NCBI RefSeq assembly: GCF_009914755.1
Contig: NC_060926.1
DNA: 64,000 nt
Source: the human T2T-CHM13v2.0 reference genome, Homo sapiens
Direction: 5' to 3' (one strand)
Both the position numbers and the translations under genes were made by a program. The notes under the pieces are model-generated. The model worked only from the letters and a program-made list of their open reading frames with translations, did no database searches and was not told where the DNA came from. Of the stretch, positions 12,477 to 26,136 are shown piece by piece (within the stretch, counting starts at the first letter, position 1; each line of letters begins with the position of its first letter).

Positions 12477-12594
12477 GTGAGCCGTCCGGGCCTGGGCGTG
12501 GGGGCTGGGAGCAGCCTGCCCTTCCCCTTCCTGGCCCCAGCCTTTCCTGGGGCCCGGGGCCTTCTGAGCCACTCTCCTCATTCTGTGTGCTTAG

Positions 12595-12939
<345 letters not shown>

Positions 12940-13551
12940 TAGGACAAACGGGGCCAACCTGCTCCTCCTATACCCAAATCCTAGATCAGCGAAAGTCCCA
13001 AGGAGACATCCCCTGGCTGTTGTCCCTCTGGGACAGGTTTCAGTCCCCTGGAGCGCCCTTGGGGACCTGCTAGGGCTTGGCTTTCCAGGATTCCTCCAAA
13101 CCTTTTCTGACCATGTCCTCCCCCAGCCTGGGCCCCCTCAAAGGAGCTCACCCCCACAGCCCTCAGGCCCTCCAGGCCTCTCCACCTCCCTGGGATGCCT
13201 AGACCTAGTGGCCAGAGTAAGGCAGGTCTGAGGAAAAGAAAATGGTTTGCAAGATGAAAGCGCTGTAGAAATTCCAGGCCCAGTGGCTGTCAACAGAAGC
13301 CTCCTCTTGGCCGAGCCAAAGCCGCCCCTGAAGGAGAGCATATAAATTATTTCAAGTTGTGTTCAAAGTGCTTTTGGGGTGTGTGGGGGGAAGAATCTGG
13401 GTCTGTAAGCCAACTCTTGAGTATCCACTTGGGGGGACTGTCTGTAAGAAATGTTGAGTCCCGGGCCAACTCCCCTCGCCCGCTCCCCAGCCAGTGAGGG
13501 AGCGCAGCCTCGTTTCCACTTCAGGCTGAACAGGATGCATTTGGAAGGTAA

Positions 13552-14001
<450 letters not shown>

Positions 14002-14463
14002 TAGTTGAGATGCATCCTGAAACCCTTCTCTTACGGAGACCTGAATGAGAAGTGGTTTCTGCTCTGCTAGACCACAGGGTGGAGACCTTCCTTAGGGCAG
14101 AGCCTAGCTCTGGGTGGGGGGCACCAGGAGCAGGTGACTGATACCCGTTGGAGCTGAGGGGTGAGGGCTCAAAGTGGGCCCAGGGGGAGGGAGAGAGAGG
14201 GCAGGGAGACAATGATGCGGGGAGGGAGGAAAGAAATGTGAGGAGAGGAAGACAGAAGTGGGAGACAGAGCATGTGAAGGAGGATGGGAGAGATGGAGAT
14301 GAGAGAGGGACTTATTGGGAAGTAGGAAGAGAGAGATACCGACTGAGAAATGTGGAGAGACTGCAGGGTCTTGTCTTGGTCCCTTGGTTGAGCCCTGGGG
14401 CTGGTGAGGGGCGAGCCTTTTGAGAGAGCCCCTCTCAGGCCTGGATGGCTCCCTCCCCTGCAG

Positions 14464-14540
14464 ACGATGTGAGCCTACTCAGTCCTGGGGAAGACGTGCT
14501 CATCGACATTGATGACAAGGAGCCCCTCATCCCCATCCAG
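14464..14540 (+). CDS. DYSF: Dysferlin exon 40 (77 nt, phase 1-0): (D)[25 protein letters not shown]
   Basis: Acceptor ccctgcag|AC, donor CAG|gtagga; restores frame after exon 39. Confidence 0.96.
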
Positions 14541-17500
14541 GTAGGATGGGCATCCTCCAGGGAGGCCTGGGTCACCTTTCCCCTCCATTCCTCATCAATT
14601 CCCACCCCTTCTCCCCTACCCTTCATTATCACACAGCCTCTATACACATCCCCTTCTGGGCTCTGCGGTTGGACACTGTCCAGTAGAGAGACCCAGATGG
14701 GAGCTTTCAGTCTGGCTGAGGGGGGTGGGGTGTGCTCATCTGGGCAAGACTCAATCCCTTTTCTTGGATGCATATGTGAAAAATAGGCCATCTACCCTGG
14801 GGGCCATGGTGAGGGCTTTCTCCTGGAGATCACCAGAAAATCAGGGTGAGGAGCAAATGAGAGAAGGACGACAGGGGAGGGAGTGAGTGGGCCATCTCTG
14901 GGGTCCTCCAGCCCCATCTCCCTATCTGGGACAGGCCCCTTCTTAGGGGGAAGGTTGTTCTGTGGGCTTGTGCTTGGTGGCTCCTTGGAGACAGCTTAGA
15001 AAGAAGAGGCTGTGTCCAAGCCAAGAGTCTATCTCGCCCCATTCCTCCATCTGCAGGGAAAAGGAGGAAGGAGGCAGGGAGGGGCCTTATTCTAAGGTCT
15101 CCAGCCCTGGGGGAGGTAGGAGTCTTCCTTTTGCTGCATACTCAGCAACTGAGGGCCAGCCTGTGATGCAGATGCCAATGCCACAGAGCATGGCAGGAGG
15201 TCTGTGGCACCTTGTGCTGAGGGGCAGCGCTCCCCCGACTGTGGGCCATGGAGTGGCTCTGGATTCTGTAGGGTTGAGCCCATCTGGTCCTTCCCACAGT
15301 AGACATGGAGAAAGGTCTCACTGTGAGCACCAGCCTTGAACTCACCATCTGTTCCAGGTTGTCACCCTCCTCTCTGGGCTTTGCAAGATACTGGTCATAC
15401 CCCTGGCACCCTGGGGCTCCCAGAACTTCTGGGCCACCCAGAGGCAGAGCCTCCAGGCCTGTATAGACAACACCTGTGTCCTCGGGCCTTGCTGCATCTG
15501 TAGTTTCACTGATGCTAAAAGTCCTCAGAAGCCCTGTGTTCCATCTCTCCAGCCTCTGTGGCTCTCCAGGGTTCTGCCCTGCCAGCCTTTCTGCTGGGAA
15601 GACCTCCTGCCCCCTGTCCCTTGTCCAACTCTTGATCATTGTTTAAGACTTAACTTAGGCATGGTCGCTTCTTTGGGGGAGTCTTTCCTGGCTCCTCTTC
15701 TCCTGTGAGACTTGCCTATCTTTGGGTCACTGTGCTGCTCTAGGGCCTGCTGTCTCTGTCAATGTTAGCATATTCCCCAGGCTAAGCTCAGGGGAGCAAC
15801 TGCGGCTCCTTCCTCTTTGTATTCTCAATGCTCACCACAAGGCCTCGCTTAGCGGAGGTGTTAATGAAAGTCTGTCTGTCTTGGCAAGTGGGTAGATGGG
15901 TGCATGGGTTGATGGATGGATGGACGAATTTTCTGGCTACTGTCTGTATGGATCTGAGGAGGAATCTCTCTCTTGGCTGGGGAAACCCAAATGGAAATTT
16001 CAGATGTCCCTATGTGAAATTTAGCTAAACTCAGTGCTAGTGCCTCTGGGCTGCTTGGGTGTTTATAGCTGAATTAGGCAGATAATTTGCCCCAAACTCT
16101 GGCTGCCTGCTCCTGGCTCCTGTTTCCCGGCTGCTCCATGGGCCTGTCTGAGATTGTGCAGGGAAGTGCAGGGCCTGCCCAGCAGGATTTCCGTTCTGTG
16201 TGTGCTGCCCTCAAAATGTCTACACACTCAGATGGGGAGGGACTATTTTAGGTCCTGCTGGCCACAAGCACAGCCAGAGGCAGACGATGAGGAGGCCCAG
16301 CCTGGCCATCCTCCCGGCGTTGACATGAGGGAACTGGGGCTGGGATCTGAGCCAGAGCTGGGCCTGTGCTGTTTGTGGGAGCACACGGCCACTCTGGCTA
16401 GAGCTGCTGGCCAGACCAGCAGCACTGGTGGGAGCTGGGATGGGGCTCCTGGAGGTGTACCCACCTGGGGAGGGGCTGGGCCTCCCCTGGCCTGGGACAG
16501 GGGAGGAGGAGGAAATGACACTGATTTGCTCTGATGGGGGAGGCTTGGACCTTGCCCTCATGGAGCTCCCTGTCTGATGAAAGAGACAAAACTCTGTTCT
16601 CAAAAGCCTCAAACCCAGCAGGGAGACCAGTTCTGTTCTGCAGGGAGCCCTGGCCCTCTGGGGAAGCCCCTTTTCTGGTATCTGACTTTGTTCCATGTTT
16701 TTCTCTGAGATCTATTGCTCTGATTTGGCTGATCCAGGAAATCTTTCACTCACTCGCCTCTCCTCCCTGTCCCTGGCACTCTGAAGGACAGGCGCTCCAA
16801 GGCCAACCCAGGAGGCAGCTGACCCCGGGTGCAGTTCCAGTGGTTTGCTAGATAACTATGGCTGGGCTTTCTTCCTCTCCCTCCTTCCCCAGTGCAGATA
16901 GCATGAAGGGCCCTGGCTTCTGGGGACAGGAGGGACGAGAGGTCTGGCAGAATCTGGATTTTGGCTGGCTTCTGTCTGCCCCACCGGTGTTTCTCGGCAG
17001 CCTGTTCCATCCTCACAGTTGATGCAGCCCTGGCTGGTGCTGGATGTGTTCACTGTGTCCTGGCTGTGGTCCTAGGACCCCTCCTAGCTCAAACCTGCTC
17101 TTGCCAGAGTTACCCTTCCATCTTGGTCCCTTCCTGTCACTTTCCTCCGTGACACCTTCTCTCTGCTCCCAAAGCCTTCTTACCAGCATCTGCCTAGGTC
17201 CTGGGATGAGCTGGCCACACATTTAGAACATGTCACCGGAGACCCTTGCCTGATGTTCAGGCCATGGGCTGGCACTCACCACGGAGTATTTCTTAGGTTT
17301 CTAGAAATGTTTTGGTTTGTGTCGAGAGTGGCCAATTCTGGAGGTGACTCAAAACGTGTATAAGGCAGGTCTGTGCTCAGCATCCCAGGGCTCGTAGATC
17401 AGTGTCTGTCTCTAAGGGTAAGGGTGGGGGGCCCTGTTTAGGGGGTGCCTGGCCTGTTTAAACTGTTCTCCATGGTGATGAGGATTGGGATGAGAAATAC

Positions 17501-18642
17501 TCACACGTATTAACTCCACCACTTGTTCTTGGTCTGTGCAGCCATCCTATGTGTAGACTTTAGAGTGGCAGACTAGGGGTGGGGGTGGTGTGTGCACATG
17601 AGTGAGCATGACAGGTGGGGGGGGTAGGAGCAGGTGTGTGCACGAGCTTCCATGGGTGCTGGCCAGAGGTGTGTCTAAGCTTGGTGGTGGCATTGCAGGA
17701 ATTGTGGCCTTGACTTTGAACTTTCTGAGGGCAGGCCTGGGTGTGTCCTCACACAGGGAGAGCAGAAGTGTCCTATTCCATCTAGTTCTCTGCTTTAGAA
17801 AACGATATATTCATTTTTTCAGATAATAAAATGATACGTGTTCATTATATAAAATTTGGAAAATATAGAAAAATAATGAAAAAATAGGGCTTACCTCCAT
17901 CCAAACACACAATTTGAATGCACTGCACCCAACATTTCATTGTCATTCTTTCCTCTTCTTTTTAGGTTTCTCTTTCTGTCTCTGATTCTGTCTCTGACTT
18001 CATTTCTACCTTTAAAATAAAATTAAGGCCTTTGTTCACTAGTTGTTGTTGTTTTTTTATTAAGGCAGTTCTTGGTGTTATGATTATGATTAGGGGAAGA
18101 AAAACAGTGTTCAGGAACACACAGAGAGCCTGCCACCCCCTGTCCATTTCCTATAGAGGGTCTTGAAGCTCCAAATAGAGGCTGTGCCCCCAGAAATCGC
18201 ACCTTTGAGGCACTGAGATGCCCCCAGAGCCAGCTGGGTATGGCAAGGGCGGCTCTTGCTTAGCATTCCGAGAGAGCACTCCTAGGTAGAGGGGCTCCTC
18301 TTCAAGTCCTCAGAGAAGGAGAATTTCGGGAGGTGGGAATATGTGAGTGTTGAAGAATTAGAGAAATAACTTTTAGGAAGTTCCGACTCTGGTCACAAAG
18401 AGACAAGGGATGAGGGGGTGTCCAGAAGATCTCAAATGAGTGATGTCAAAGTGAGGAGATGTTTCATTAACAAGGAGACCAAACTCTTGGAGTCTCCTGG
18501 CCCTGCAAGTTCACCATAGGCTAAGCAACCAGGGAAGCTTCTCCGGGAAGGCGGCCTCTGAGGCGGGTGGGTGAACAGGGGAGGACAGGGAGGCTTTCCT
18601 GGCAGGCAAAAGGGCTCGGGCAAAGGCTTGGAAGTGGGACTC

Positions 18643-21466
18643 TGTGTGTATGTTTTATGTGGCAAAGGGGTACGTGTGTGTATGTATGAGTGTATGTGGT
18701 AGAGGTGGTGTGTGTGTGTGTGGTAGAGGTGGTGTGTGTGTATGTGGGGTAGAGGTGATGTGTGTGGCAGAGGTGGTGTGTGTGTGGCAGAGGTGGGGTG
18801 TGTGTGTGGTAGAGGTGGGGTGTGTGCGTGTGTGGTAGAGGTGGGGTGTGTGTGTGGTAGAGGTGGTGTGTGTGTATGTGGGGTAGAGGTGGTGTGTGTG
18901 GTAGAGGTGGTGTGTGTGTGGTAGAGGTGGGGTATATGTGTGTGTGTGGTAGAGGTGGGGTATAAGTGTGTGTGGTAGAGATGGGGTGTGTGTGTGTGGT
19001 AGAGGTGGGGTGTGTGTGTGGTAGAGGTGGGGTGTGTGTGTGGTAGAGGTGGTGTGTGTGTGGTAGAGGTGGTGTGTGTGTGTGTGGTAGAGGTGTGTGT
19101 GTTTGGTAGAGGTGTGTGTGTGGTAGAGGTGGGGTATATGTGTGTGTGGTAGAGATGGGGTGTGTGTGTGGTAGAGGTGTGTTTGTGGTAGAGGTGTGTG
19201 TGTGTGGTAGAGGTGTGTGTGTGGTAGAGGTGGTGTGTGTGTTTGGTAGAGGTGTTTGTGTGGTAGAGGTGAGGTATATGTGTGTGTGGTAGAGATGGGG
19301 TGTGTGTGTGTGGTAGAGATGGTGTGTGTGTGTGTGTGGTAGAGATGGGGTGTGTGTGTGTGGTAGAGATGGGGTGTGTGTGTGGTAGAGGTGGGGTGTG
19401 TGTGTGGTAGAGGTGGCGTGTGTGGTAGAGGTGGTGTGTGTGTGTGTGGTAGAGGTGGGGTATAAGTGTGTGTGGTAGAGATGGGGTGTGTGTGTGTGGT
19501 AGAGGTGGGGTGTGTGTGTGGTAGAGGTGGCGTGTGTGGTAGAGGTGGTGTGTGTGTGTGTGTGTGGTAGAGGTGGGGTATAAGTGTGTGTGGTAGAGAT
19601 GGGGTGTGTGTGTGTGGTAGAGGTGGGGTGTGTGTGTGGTAGAGGTGGCATGTGTGGTAGAGGTGTGTGTGTGTGGTAGAGGTGTGTGTGTGGTAGAGGT
19701 GGTGTGTGTGTGTGTGGTAGAGATGGGGTGTGTGTGTGGTAGAGGGGTGTGTGTGTGGTAGAGGTGGCATGTGTGGTAGAGGTGGTGTGTGTGTGTGTGT
19801 GTGGTAGAGGTGGCATGTGTGGTAGAGGTGGGGTGTGTGTGTGTGTGGTAGAGGTGTGTGTGTGGTAGAGGTGTGTGTGTGTGTGGTAGAGGTGTGTGTG
19901 GTAGAGGTGGTGTGTGTGTGGTAGAGGTGTGTGTGTGGTAGAGGTGTGTGTGTGGTAGAGGGGTATATGTGTGTGTGGTAGAGGTGGCGTATATGTGTGT
20001 GTGGTAGAGGTGGGGTGTGTGTGTGGTAGAGGTGTGTGTGTGGTAGAGGTGGTATGTGTGGTAGAGGTGTGTGTGTGGTAGAGGTGGTGTGTGTGTTTGG
20101 TAGAGGTGTGTGTGTGGTAGAGGTGGAGTGTGTTTGTGTGGGGTAGAGTTGTGTGTGGTAAAGGTGGTGTGTGTGTGTGGTAGAGGTGGGGTGTGTGTGG
20201 TAGAGGGTGTGTGTGTGTGGTAGAGGTGTGTGTGTGGTAGAGGTGATGTGTGTGTTTGGTAGAGGTGTGTGTGGTAGAGGTGGGGTGTGTGTGTGTGGTA
20301 GAGGTGGAGTGTGTGTGTGTGGGGTACAGTTGTGTGTGTGTGGTAGAGGTGTGTGTGTGTGTGTGGTAGAGGTGGTGTATGTGTGTGGTAGAGGTAGGGT
20401 GTGTGTGGTAGAGGTGGAGTGTGTGTGTGTGGAGTAGAGGTGTGGTGTGTGTGTGGTAGAGGTGGTGTGTGTGTGTGTGGTAGAGGTGGTGTGTGTGTGT
20501 GGTAGAGGTGGTGTGTGTGTGGTAGAGGTGGGGTGTGTGTGGTAGAGGTGGGGGGTGTGTGTGTGTGGTAGAGGTGTGTGTGTGGTAGAGGTGATGTGTG
20601 TGTTTGGTAGAGGTGTGTGTGTGGTAGAGGTGGGGTGTGTGTGTGTGGTAGAGGTGGAGTGTGTGTGTGGGGGGGGTAGAGTTGTGTGTGTGTGGTAGAG
20701 GTGGTGTGTGTGTGGTAGAGGTGGAGTGTGTGTGTGTGTGGAGTAGAGGTGTGTGTGTGTGGTAGAGGTGGTGTGTGTGTGTGTGGTAGAGGTGGGGTGT
20801 GTGTGTGGTAGAGGTGGGGTGTGTGTGGTAGAGGTGGGGGTGTGTGTGTGTGGTAGAGTGTGTGTGGTAGAGGTGATGTGTGTTTGGTGGAGGTGTGTGT
20901 GTGGTAGAGGTGGGGTGTGTGTGTGTGGTAGAGGTGGAGTGTGTGTGTTTGTGTGGGGTAGAGTTGTGTTTGTGTGGGGTAGAGTTGTGTGTGTGTGGTA
21001 GAGGTGGTGTGTGTGTGTGGTAGAGGTGGAGTGTGTGTGTGTGGAGTAGAGGTGTGTGTGTGTGGTGGAGGTGGTGTGTGTGTGTGTGTGGTAGAGGTGG
21101 TGTGTGTGTGGTAGAGGTGGGGTGTGTGTGGTAGAGGTGGGGGTGTGTGTGTGTGGTAGAGGTGTGTGTGTGTGGTAGAGGTGATGTGTGTGTTTGGTAG
21201 AGGTGTGTGTGTGGTAGAGGTGGGGTGTGTGTGTGTGGTAGAGGTGGTGTGTGTGTTTGTGTGGGGTAGAGTTGTGTGTGTGTGGTAGAGGTGGTGTGTG
21301 TGTTACAGGAGGTGGTGTGTGTGGCAGAGGAGGTGTGTGTGTGGTAGAGGTGGGATGTGAGTGTGTGTGCGTGGTAGAGATGGTGTGTGTGGCAGAGGTG
21401 GGTGTGTATGTGGAGTAGAGGTGGTGGGTGTGTGTCCGTGTGAGTGTGTTTTTTTTGTGTGTGGTG
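18643..21466. repeat. ~2.8-kb compound GT-rich minisatellite/VNTR, unit about (GT)n-GGTAGAG(G/A)T(GG/GGGG), roughly 17-28 bp
   Basis: Directly visible tandem array; + strand almost devoid of C; degenerate units (GGCAGAGG) at both edges. Confidence 0.98.
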
Positions 21467-22954
21467 AGCGTGGGGTGCCAGCAGGAGACAGGCCTGGCCT
21501 GCTAGTGTGCAGGAGGCCTCGGGAGACTGTTTCCTCACTCTGTCGGGTGGGTGCTGGGGCTGGCCGGCTCTGGGACTCCCAGGCTCCCAGGCTCCCAGGC
21601 GCTGGGGCTGGGGCTAATTTTGAGCCTGCTGCTCCAGTTATAGTCTCTGGGATGCCGTGAAGGTGGGAACGTGCTCCCAGAACCGGAGTGGCAAATTATG
21701 CCCGAGTCCCAAAGGGGAACGTGTAATTTCTGAAGCTGGACCAGATCTTTGGAGCACTATGTTTAGCTTTATTTTGCTCTGGTGAACTGCCGGTTTCCCT
21801 CTCACCTTTCTAAAAAAGAACTGCATTAAAAATAACAGTAAGGCTTCTGTGGGGTTCAGGATGCAAATGGGAGGGGCAGAGCTGCTGCCTGGCGAGGCCC
21901 GTCTCTGGCCAGCTAGGGGTGGCACGTGGAGTTCACCCAGTCTATTCCAGGGGTCACACGACATGTGGCCAGCACCCCAGGGCCATCCAGCAGCCCTGGC
22001 TAGGTGCCCAAGGCTGATTCTGCCCTCCTGCGTATGCTTCTGGCTCTGAACAGCCCTGAGGGGCCCCTCAGTGATGTGTCTTTTCACAGAGCAGGGAGGG
22101 ATCCGAGTCCCCAAACGTCCCTCCTGGGCCCAGCAGGGCTTCACCTTCCGTGGGTTTCTTTGGGCATCGGGGGAGTGTCTTCCAGGATCTTCCTGTTGAG
22201 GAAGGCAGGGCAGCCTGGGGTTTCGCCCCTTGGAGTCCTCCCAGAGCCCCCTGCTCAAGGCTTAGAGGTTGAGGGGCCAGCCCCGGCAGCTCTGGGTCCT
22301 AGCTGGCTGCTTCCCAGCACCTACCCTCCTGACCCGTTTGCTCTTTCTCGAACGGGCTGTGCTTCTTTCTTCCCCTCTACCTTTGCGCTTGCGATTCCCT
22401 CTGCCTAGCATGCGTCTTCTCACCTTGCCCACCTGCTAGCCTGGTACTCATTCACCCAGAGCCCCATCCCCTTATCCTAGAGTATCGTAGTGGTCTCTGA
22501 ACAAGTCTTCCTGCCTTCAGCCCTGAGCCCTGAGGCCCTCCTCAGGCTGCAGCCCAAGGATTCACAGTACAGGGAGATTGATTCACAGTACTGGGAGATT
22601 GTAGGCAAGGAGCTGATGCTCAGAAAAGGATGCAGAAAGTGATTTGTAGCATGGAGTGGAGGTTGGACTATAAGACTCCTAAAGTCCCCACTGATGTCAG
22701 GTTTTGGGGAAGACATATGATGCCCTGGTTCTTGTCCTGGAGGAGGGAAGACTGAGTAACCTGCTGTAGCTTTGGGAACCATGCCCTGCAGTGTTGGTGT
22801 GGCTCAGAGGTTAGGATGCTGGGGTTGGAGTGTCCCTGAAATAGGCAGATTTTGGAGAGGGAGGGAGGACATATGAGAGAGTGGGCAAGAGTCAGGCATT
22901 GGCTGAGCCCCTTCCACGTGCCTTGCCTTGTGCTGGGCGTGCACAGCCTTCGTC

Positions 22955-23110
22955 TCATTCATACTCACTGTCGCCCTGTGAGGTGGGCTTTGGGCCCATT
23001 CTCCAGATAGGACGCTGACCCAGAGAGGTCAAGGGGCTTGCTCAAAGTCACACATCTGGTGAGGTGTTGGAGCCAGGCTTGTCCAACTCCAAAGCACATG
23101 TTCTCCCTGG
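22955..23110 (-). mobile_element. MIR SINE just upstream of exon 40a
   Basis: CCCTGTGAGGTGGG...CCCATTCTCCAGATAGG...CCAGAGAGGTCAAGGGGCTTGCTCAAAGTCACAC matches the reverse of the MIR core. Confidence 0.7.
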
Positions 23111-23220
23111 AGGAAGAGCAGAGGGTGCCTGGTCAGAGAGCGCTACCTCTTGGAGACTGTCCAGCCTTCCCTAAAGTGGGTTCTCTAATCCTGTTGCTAA
23201 CCAGCATGTTTCATTTGTAG

Positions 23221-23283
23221 CTTGCAGACGGTCTGTCGAGCTTGGCCCCCACTAACACGGCTTCTCCTCCATCCAGTCCTCAT
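23221..23283 (+). CDS. DYSF: Dysferlin alternative exon 40a (63 nt, phase 0-0): LADGLSSLAPTNTASPPSSPH
   Basis: Acceptor tcatttgtag|CTT, donor CAT|gtatgt; 21 codons without stop; peptide matches the known alternatively spliced exon 40a carrying the calpain cleavage site; absent from the ORF track. Confidence 0.93.
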
Positions 23284-24272
23284 GTATGTACTGTTTACTT
23301 ATTTGTGGGCTCCTTGTATTCCCTTGTGGGGCTGGGGGTAGGGGGGTTAGGAGGGAAATGGGAGGGGAGAGTGGGAGGGAAGAAAGGAGGTATTTCCTGA
23401 GCCCTAGCAGGGAAGTCACCTATCTTTGCCTCACTGAAAAGGAGGGGTGAGAGAAAGCTATGGAGTAGATGCTCAGAAATGGACACACCTAGGTTACTTC
23501 CTGGGATTTACCTTATTTACCTGTGTGAGGGCTGGGGGCTTAGGTGGGGCTGCATGGGCCAGTGGAAGCGGGGAAATCTCTCAATTAGACTCTGACTTCT
23601 GGAGTGTGGGACCCCAGAAAGCTCTTCTGGGCGTGGGACCTCAGACGGCAGGCTGACTTTCTGTGCTCCTCCCTGATGTGTGAAGGGTGTGTGTGACTGA
23701 GGAACCCTGGCTGGCCCCTCGGGTGCTAAGAGGTCTGCTTGGGCCAACAGTCTGCTCCTGCAGTTTCCAGCAGGGCTCCTTTCTGCTTGCCTGAGTGGAT
23801 TCCTTAGGTGTCATCTTTCTGGGCTGTGGGTCCCTCTAGGAAGATGACTTTGATGTCTGGCCTTCAGCATGCGCTCCTGAAGTCCCATGGTGAGGGCCAG
23901 TGGGAGCCCCTGACCTGTGGAGGGTGGCGTAAGAGACAGAACTTGCTAAAGGCAGTGAGTTACATTCTACTTATGGTGTCAAGAGTAGACACTGTTGTAC
24001 TGGGGGTCTCATGAGCTTCTAGAAGGAGGCTATCGATATACATATTTTTTTCTGATTTATGTATTTTAAATAAAATATGGAAAACACAAAAAGTGTCAAG
24101 TAGGAAGTTAAAACCACTTTTATTCCTACCAGTTTATGATAGGCACTGTTAGGGTTTTGATGTGCCTAGATTTTTTAGATATCTTTTAAACTCACATGAA
24201 TACTTTTTAAAAACAAAATTGGAATCATACTTTTTTATAGTTTGGATTTTTTAAATTTAAAAGTATATATGA

Positions 24273-24630
<358 letters not shown>

Positions 24631-25259
24631 TATTCTTATATTCTTTAAAGATATGACTGCATGTCACATGAACATTCGTAAACTTTTAACTACTCCCTAT
24701 CATTTGCCATTTAATTTTATTTCTCCTATTGTCTTCTTTTGTCCCTTAAAGGACTTATTTTAGTTCACTTTATATATGTCCATTCAGACGATTTCTTTGT
24801 TTTTTTTTTTTTTTTTTTTTTTTTTTGTTACGCCCAGGTACACCTGTTCAGGCCATTTCTTGTTAAAGTGTATTCCTAGGCATTTTATGGTCTTTGGTGC
24901 TGTTCTAAATGGAATATATGTTTTCCTCATGACTTTGTCGAACTATCGCTAGAATATAGGAAAACAATATTTTTGTATATTTACTTTGGAACTGACTCTT
25001 TATTAAGGCCCATTTATTAGTTCTGACTATTGTTAATTGATTCTGTTTGGTTTTCCAAGTAGGTAAGATTGTTTTCTTCAAATAATGATAAACGTGTTAG
25101 TTTCTTTCTAATAGTAATGCCTCATTCCTTTTTCCAAATACCATTTGATATTTGAGATGCTGCTGAGCAGACTTATTTAGTCATTCATTCTAATGAGACT
25201 GCCTCTACCAGATTTCCATTAATTGGGATGATGATTGATGGTTTCAGACAGATATTTGA

Positions 25260-25593
<334 letters not shown>

Positions 25594-25855
25594 TGATTGT
25601 TAGTTTATTAATAGCTTAAAAATTAGTCATGGAAGTTTAATTCTATCAAATGTCATTTGGCATTTATTAAGATGATAATTTTATTTTCCATTGTCTGTTA
25701 ATATAGTGTATAATTGTGCTATATTCCTGGGGTAAACCCAAATTGGTCAATTGGTCATGGTATTATAGTTTACTACAGTTGCAGCCTTCTTATCCAATGC
25801 AATCGAGACAGGTAGTCGATTGGCTAATTGATAAAGTTGATTAAATAGGGACTTA

Positions 25856-26136
25856 TTTTTTTTTTAATTGTACTTTAGGTTTTAGGGTACATGTGCACAT
25901 TGTGCAGGTTAGTTACATATGTATACATGTGCCATGCTGGTGCGCTGCACCCACTAACTCGTCATCTAGCATTAGGTGTATCTCCCAATGCTATCCGTCC
26001 CCCCTCCCCCCACCCCACAACAGTCCCCAGAGTGTGATATTCCCCTTCCTGTGTCCACGTGATCTCATTGTTCAATTCCCACCTATGAGTGAGAATATGC
26101 GGTGTTTGGTTTTTTGTTCTTGCGATAGTTTACTGA
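25856..26136 (-). mobile_element. 5'-truncated young L1 3' UTR (L1PA2-like)
   Basis: PolyT then TAGGGTACATGTGCACATTGTGCAGGTTAGTTAC...CCACTAACTCGTCATCTAGC; GAG rather than ACA at the Ta-diagnostic site. Confidence 0.9.

Noticed and set aside
18643-21466. Constant GGTAGAGGT word with variable spacers, superficially CRISPR-like
   Set aside because: Spacers are only (GT)n of varying length, the DNA is eukaryotic and intronic, and there are no cas genes
18521-21538. 1005-aa (and 371-aa) His/Thr/Pro-rich minus-strand ORFs
   Set aside because: They translate the CA-rich strand of the minisatellite, which lacks stop codons by composition; the long ORF starts at GTG and has no domain or splice support
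22559-22600. 21-bp tandem duplication GATTCACAGTAC(A/T)GGGAGATT; also a 24-bp duplication at 63947-63998
   Set aside because: Two-copy local slippage duplications with no sign of function
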